Positions 59,245 through 64,000 of a stretch of DNA of 64,000 nt are shown piece by piece; position 1 is the first letter of the stretch, and every line of letters starts with the position of its first letter. Both the position numbers and the translations under genes were made by a program. Source of the DNA: a virus. Its lineage: Duplodnaviria; Caudoviricetes. The stretch lies in IMG/VR virus record IMGVR_UViG_3300026549_000034, positions 64,001-128,000 of that record; one strand, written 5' to 3'. The notes under the pieces are model-generated. The model searched no databases. It saw nothing but the letters and a program-made list of their open reading frames with translations, and had not been told where the DNA came from.

Positions 59245-60783
59245 TTAATATTTGTTTTTTCTTCTGTCAGCCTGTAATCTCATTTGTTCTTTTATCATTT
59301 CCTTTGTTAGCATATCATCTTCATCTTTCATTGATTCAAATAATGTTGCACAAATTAAGAAAGTACGAATAGAAACTTCCATTTCATTGTCTTCTTCATT
59401 AAGTTGTATAAGATATCCTAATGCTTTACGTTTTGATTCTTTTGAAAGTTTGTCAGAACTTAATGTAGGCATAAGATTTGTTATTATCTTAAGTACATCT
59501 TCAGTACTAAAATGTATGTCCTGTATATATGATCTACCACGTAATGCAGTATCTAATGATCCAGCATTATAGTTTGTTATGATTATTACTGATCCATTAT
59601 AATAGAAACGTTTAGGAAGTTCATTGCCATTTTCATCAGTAATTTTTCCAGATACGCCATAAGTAACTAAACGTCCCTTCTCATCTTCCGTACTATCAAG
59701 AGCTCCTTTTAATATATTTATACAATCTTCTGGGGCTTTAGGACCAACCAATGAATCTGCATCATCAATAACAATTATGTCTCCTTTGTCTTTGTAATTA
59801 TATAATGAAAGATATAATACTCTTGGTGTACATTTACCTTTTATTGTATAAAGATTCTTTTCTTCTTCATACCCATTTTCCTTTAATAGTTTCTTTACTC
59901 TAAATGTCTTTCCTACACCAGGAGCACCGCAAAGTATAACAGATGGATTGATTCCCTTAATAACCATCTTCACATATCCTTCCATTTTCTTAAACACCAT
60001 TTCAGGATCATTTATTGTTTCTTTGAATTTGGTTTCTGATTGTTGTTCTTCTGGTGATTTTTTTATTGTTATATTATTTCCTTTATCAACTTTAAGTTTT
60101 ATTTCATCAACAGTTTTTGCACCGCCCTGTATAGCCTTTATAATTTCTCTAAATTCATCTGCTATATCTCTATACTGTAATGCAGCTTGAGGTGAATCAT
60201 TTTTTCTTTTTTCTGCATCCAACCAAGCTCTACGTTTTGCTGTTACATATTCATCAACTTCTGGTGAATATTTTTCATTTATAACTGTATATTTTAATGC
60301 ACCAATATAGAATGATTCATTTGCATTCTTATTGAATATAGATCTTCCTAATTTCTTGGCCTCAGCATCTGTCAAATCATATTGTTTATTGTTTACTACT
60401 GTCCAAATAATAGGAAGAAAATATACTATTGATGAATCTAATGTTTGTATAGTTAAGTTAGATTTTGCTTTACCAGTAAATGCTAAATCCATATCTTTGA
60501 AAAAATCAATAGAATATGGATTCATTGATTCTGAAGACTTTATCCAGTTTATTTGAAACATTTGAACATTTTCTTTTGAATTAATGACAATATACTGTTT
60601 AGATATGAATTCATTATCTTTTGAAAATGTTTCAACATATCCTACTAATGGAACAATATTCTTAATATGTTTCTTTAATAAATCAGATATTTTATCAACA
60701 TAACTATCAAAGTTCTTATTACTAATTGATTCATTAAGAACATTTTGTCTTCTTTTAATAAAATCTAAATAACTATTTTTCAT
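59245..60783 (-). CDS. AAA+ ATPase domain protein
   Basis: GAPGVGKT, VIDDAD, IIITN, ALRGR; N-terminal VLNE-S site. Confidence 0.8.
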   Translation of the reverse strand: MKNSYLDFIKRRQNVLNESISNKNFDSYVDKISDLLKKHIKNIVPLVGYVETFSKDNEFISKQYIVINSKENVQMFQINWIKSSESMNPYSIDFFKDMDLAFTGKAKSNLTIQTLDSSIVYFLPIIWTVVNNKQYDLTDAEAKKLGRSIFNKNANESFYIGALKYTVINEKYSPEVDEYVTAKRRAWLDAEKRKNDSPQAALQYRDIADEFREIIKAIQGGAKTVDEIKLKVDKGNNITIKKSPEEQQSETKFKETINDPEMVFKKMEGYVKMVIKGINPSVILCGAPGVGKTFRVKKLLKENGYEEEKNLYTIKGKCTPRVLYLSLYNYKDKGDIIVIDDADSLVGPKAPEDCINILKGALDSTEDEKGRLVTYGVSGKITDENGNELPKRFYYNGSVIIITNYNAGSLDTALRGRSYIQDIHFSTEDVLKIITNLMPTLSSDKLSKESKRKALGYLIQLNEEDNEMEVSIRTFLICATLFESMKDEDDMLTKEMIKEQMRLQADRRKNKY

Positions 60784-60835
60784 ATAAAATATTAAATATG
60801 TATAATTAAAAATATAACTTTTTAATGTATGATTT

Positions 60836-62557
60836 TTAGATAAAGTATATATTTATTGGTTGTACTATTATAGAATCTTGTTTTGAATTTTCTTTGTCTG
60901 TATAATACTTAAAACCACCACATAATCTTGGAAGTTGATATATACTATCTAAAGATATATTGCCAAATACATCAAGACCAGGTGTATTGTTTTTATTATA
61001 TTTATTGATTACATAACTTGTCTTGTCATCAAAATCAATGTCATCATAATATTTTTTATATTCACCTTCTATATATGCATTCTCATTATAGTCAGATATA
61101 ATATTAAGATCAATTGATTCAATGATTTTATCAATATCAGCTTCTATTATTTTGTTCAATAGTTCAGATTTAGATATGAACTTGACGTCATATGAAAGAT
61201 TAATAAAATAATTTCTTAATGTATCATTTATTATTTGTGATGCAATTTGTTTATTATATTTACTATTAATCTTTACATAACAAATAATAGCGTATTTTAC
61301 AAAAATAGGTTTAATAAATTCAATTTGGAATCCTGCTAATGTCTTATTTGAATTACTTAATGTATCAATAATCATTTGTTGTTGATTTTGAGTAAGTAGC
61401 AAATCATCATTTGTTAGTTTGAAATATTTGTCACTATCATTTTTATATTGTTCAGTAATATTATTAAGACATATAATATAAATCTTATTATATTTTAGAG
61501 ATGCTATACAATTGTTATATCCTACAAATGAAAATCTCTTTAAGAACAATTTCATATTATCAACTGATGAATATATTAATGATCTTGAATTACTACCAAC
61601 CATTGTTCTTATGAAATCAATACTGTCAGAATTTCTACCGCCACTTATAGTATTATTTATTGTCAATGAAATAAAATCATTTGCATTAACGGTATTTCCT
61701 ACGGTATCTGTAAGTGTACCATAAAATTCAAATTCGGCATTTTCAATATCATATATATTTCCGTCAGTTCCTTGATGACGTAAATATTTGATTTCAATTA
61801 CTTGACCTTCATTAAGTTTTTTACCGTAAGTACCATTTCCAAATGTTATGTCAAATTCATTGTCAAATCCAATACTAAACATATATTCTTTACTGTCATT
61901 ACTCATATCATACAGACAAGAAACTTCAGAATATTCTTCACCGTCAACAGTTACTGTAATACATTCTCTATCAAATAATCCTATTGTAGTAATATGAATT
62001 GATTCTAATACATTACCTTTAGCAATATATCTTGCTGTTGTAAAAGTTCCCTGTTTTATCTTAAATTGATATTCTATTAATGGGTTTGTTACAGAAAAAA
62101 TATAATAATTTGTAGGTATCATTATAGAATATATAATACCTGTTGTTTTATTTATAACTTGTGTATTGTTTGGTATATATAGATTGTTTATACTTTCATT
62201 TACAGTTATTTTATTAGATGTTTTACTTGTACCGGAATTTATGTTATTGTTTACTTTTAGTTTTGCTACCAATACACCGCCTGCAGCATTTCCATAATTA
62301 GGTTCAAATCCAGATATCTTTGCTAACGAATATATTGATTTCTTTCTTGTTGCAGTATATATGTTTTGTTCCGTCAATGCATCTTCTATATAAAACATAA
62401 TATTTTGCATTACGCCTTTTATTCCATCAAATATTACACCGAATATTTGAGAACTAGAATATTGCATTCCTAAACTATTGAATACTTTTGACAAATATGT
62501 TCTTACAGTTGAATCAAAATTGTCAAATGTTGTTTCCATTACTTTGAATAGTTTCAT
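60836..62557 (-). CDS. Baseplate wedge protein (T4 gp6-like)
   Basis: EQNIYTAT...SIYSLA..SG, ITFGNG.YG, I.Y....G..GN, GG...DS. Confidence 0.8.
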   Translation of the reverse strand: MKLFKVMETTFDNFDSTVRTYLSKVFNSLGMQYSSSQIFGVIFDGIKGVMQNIMFYIEDALTEQNIYTATRKKSIYSLAKISGFEPNYGNAAGGVLVAKLKVNNNINSGTSKTSNKITVNESINNLYIPNNTQVINKTTGIIYSIMIPTNYYIFSVTNPLIEYQFKIKQGTFTTARYIAKGNVLESIHITTIGLFDRECITVTVDGEEYSEVSCLYDMSNDSKEYMFSIGFDNEFDITFGNGTYGKKLNEGQVIEIKYLRHQGTDGNIYDIENAEFEFYGTLTDTVGNTVNANDFISLTINNTISGGRNSDSIDFIRTMVGSNSRSLIYSSVDNMKLFLKRFSFVGYNNCIASLKYNKIYIICLNNITEQYKNDSDKYFKLTNDDLLLTQNQQQMIIDTLSNSNKTLAGFQIEFIKPIFVKYAIICYVKINSKYNKQIASQIINDTLRNYFINLSYDVKFISKSELLNKIIEADIDKIIESIDLNIISDYNENAYIEGEYKKYYDDIDFDDKTSYVINKYNKNNTPGLDVFGNISLDSIYQLPRLCGGFKYYTDKENSKQDSIIVQPINIYFI

Positions 62558-62575
62558 AATTATTAAAATTAAATT

Positions 62576-62917
62576 CTATTTAAATTGATATACTCTTCGC
62601 TGATGTTCTTCTCCATTGTCTATATCTATAGATACTACATAAATTGTTCTATATTCACCGTTTACAAGATCTACATTTATAGATATGTTAAGTTGTCTTG
62701 CAAAATATGTATAATTAATTATCTTTTCTGATATATATTTCTTAAGTTCATTAGGTGAAGGGGTCATTTGCCATAAAAATTGTTCAAAATTAGTACCATA
62801 CTGAGGATTGCCAATTAGCTCAGTATTTTCAGTATTAAACAATAAGTCAATTTCTTGTATTGCACAATCTAATACAGTATTTAATACTATTCTTGAATCT
62901 AATGCTAAATCTATCAT
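62576..62917 (-). CDS. Baseplate gp25-like protein
   Basis: QEI.LLF.T...E..G.P.YGTN....L; adjacent to gp6-like gene. Confidence 0.75.
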   Translation of the reverse strand: MIDLALDSRIVLNTVLDCAIQEIDLLFNTENTELIGNPQYGTNFEQFLWQMTPSPNELKKYISEKIINYTYFARQLNISINVDLVNGEYRTIYVVSIDIDNGEEHQRRVYQFK

Positions 62918-62936
62918 ATATTATAAATAATAAATT

Positions 62937-64000
62937 TTATACTATTGTCCAGTTTCCATAAGTAATATATTCTTCATCTTGGTTGAATATGTTGTATGTT
63001 CCTGAAGTTTCTTTAAGTTTAATTGCATTTATATTAAATATGACATAGTTAGATTTTCTTCCTATTTCTTGCAGTATTTCATTTTCAATTGTCATTATGA
63101 ATAGATCTACTTTAGAAATATATTCACCTAAATCTATAGCAATATTTTGAACTTGGTTTTCTTTTATTTTGACATTTTGTAATGTATCAACTTTAAAGAA
63201 AATTGGCTTATATATAATATTGCTGTTTGAAATAATAGAATTGTTCTTTTCCGACAATTCATTTTCTTTATTTGACTTTATAAAACAACTAATATTATTT
63301 ATAAAATTAATATTATCATTACTATTAGAAGTAAACCAATCTAATATATTTCTTTTTAAATCTTCTTTATTATCAACATTAACATCAGACAATATATCAT
63401 CTAATTGTTGTTCCTTTTGTTCATCATTTATTTTTAATGATATTTCTTTCATATTATCATTTGAAAATTTTTCTTTATTAATTTTTGTTAAGTCACTTAA
63501 TCTATATAATCCAGTATTGTTTGTCATATATTTGAATTTTTCTTTAGATATTATGACATTATTACTGGTTAATGTAACACCTATAAATTTATCTATAAAT
63601 GATACTCTACATACTATATTTTCTGGAAGTTGTTCCCATGCGGTAAATATAGTATTTATTGGATATGTAAATAGACCATTTTTTAAGTTAGCAAATGGGT
63701 TAAGTGTATTTTCATTGAATGTTCGGATAGGATCCATAATACTTACATTCTTACTAAAAATAATATGTTTGAATGTATTATCAGATGCCATTTCTATTCT
63801 AAATCCAAAGAAATCAATGTTTACTTTATTTTCTTCAATATATTCACTTAAAAATGATTCTAAACGTTTCTGCTTTAATATTTCAATATATTCATTTTTT
63901 GATAAGTTATTACGGGCATATCCCATATCTATAAGATATTGTATTGTTTCATCATCTATACTATTAAGACAATTTATCTCATCCAATTCTTCTTTATATT
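62937..64000 (-). CDS. Partial hypothetical (probably structural) protein, 5' end outside window
   Basis: Frame stays open upstream of the TTG at 63986 to the window edge. Confidence 0.65.
   Translation of the reverse strand, partial: YKEELDEINCLNSIDDETIQYLIDMGYARNNLSKNEYIEILKQKRLESFLSEYIEENKVNIDFFGFRIEMASDNTFKHIIFSKNVSIMDPIRTFNENTLNPFANLKNGLFTYPINTIFTAWEQLPENIVCRVSFIDKFIGVTLTSNNVIISKEKFKYMTNNTGLYRLSDLTKINKEKFSNDNMKEISLKINDEQKEQQLDDILSDVNVDNKEDLKRNILDWFTSNSNDNINFINNISCFIKSNKENELSEKNNSIISNSNIIYKPIFFKVDTLQNVKIKENQVQNIAIDLGEYISKVDLFIMTIENEILQEIGRKSNYVIFNINAIKLKETSGTYNIFNQDEEYITYGNWTIV

Noticed and set aside
6401-61724. Many 60-200-aa ORFs opposite or overlapping real genes (e.g. 16146, 22657, 39032, 54495, 59252)
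   Set aside because: Nested in or overlapping well-supported CDSs, with antisense-type composition.
1-64000. Window-wide alternative genetic code (TAG=Gln)
   Set aside because: Genes up to 1979 aa are intact under the standard code and coding density is high; only one suggestive junction was found.
1-64000. tRNA or rRNA genes
   Set aside because: No GC-rich cloverleaf or rRNA-like segment was seen in the short intergenic gaps.

Overview
This very AT-rich, densely coding 64-kb window looks like part of a large T4-like (myovirus/jumbo) phage genome. The host is probably a Bacteroidales member, inferred from a Bacteroidales-type OmpA and DUF285/BspA repeat genes. Core modules are baseplate (gp6-, gp25- and gp7-like), neck (gp13- and gp14-like), tape measure, three peptidoglycan hydrolases, a primase-SF2 helicase, nucleotide metabolism (dNMP kinase, NDK, dUTPase, GMP reductase/IMPDH-like, NUDIX), ClpX and a glycosyltransferase cluster. 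The main finding is that about 22-25 minus-strand genes with unrelated bodies share a ~10-aa N-terminal leader, MK-x-(L/I)-x-x-(Y/F/I)-(I/L)-x-E, closely resembling the T4 internal-protein capsid targeting sequence and its prohead-protease site. Tagged cargo includes an RNA-ligase-like protein, PD-(D/E)xK nucleases, a HAD phosphatase, NDK, a Cys-His-Asp fold protein and LRR proteins. This suggests a large, modular set of head-packaged and injected proteins. Recombination scars suggest whole alternative alleles of these cargo loci are stacked in tandem. Candidate early and late promoter motifs and a family of CTTAAG-centred terminators are also visible. All functional calls come from motif reading by eye; no database searches were run.
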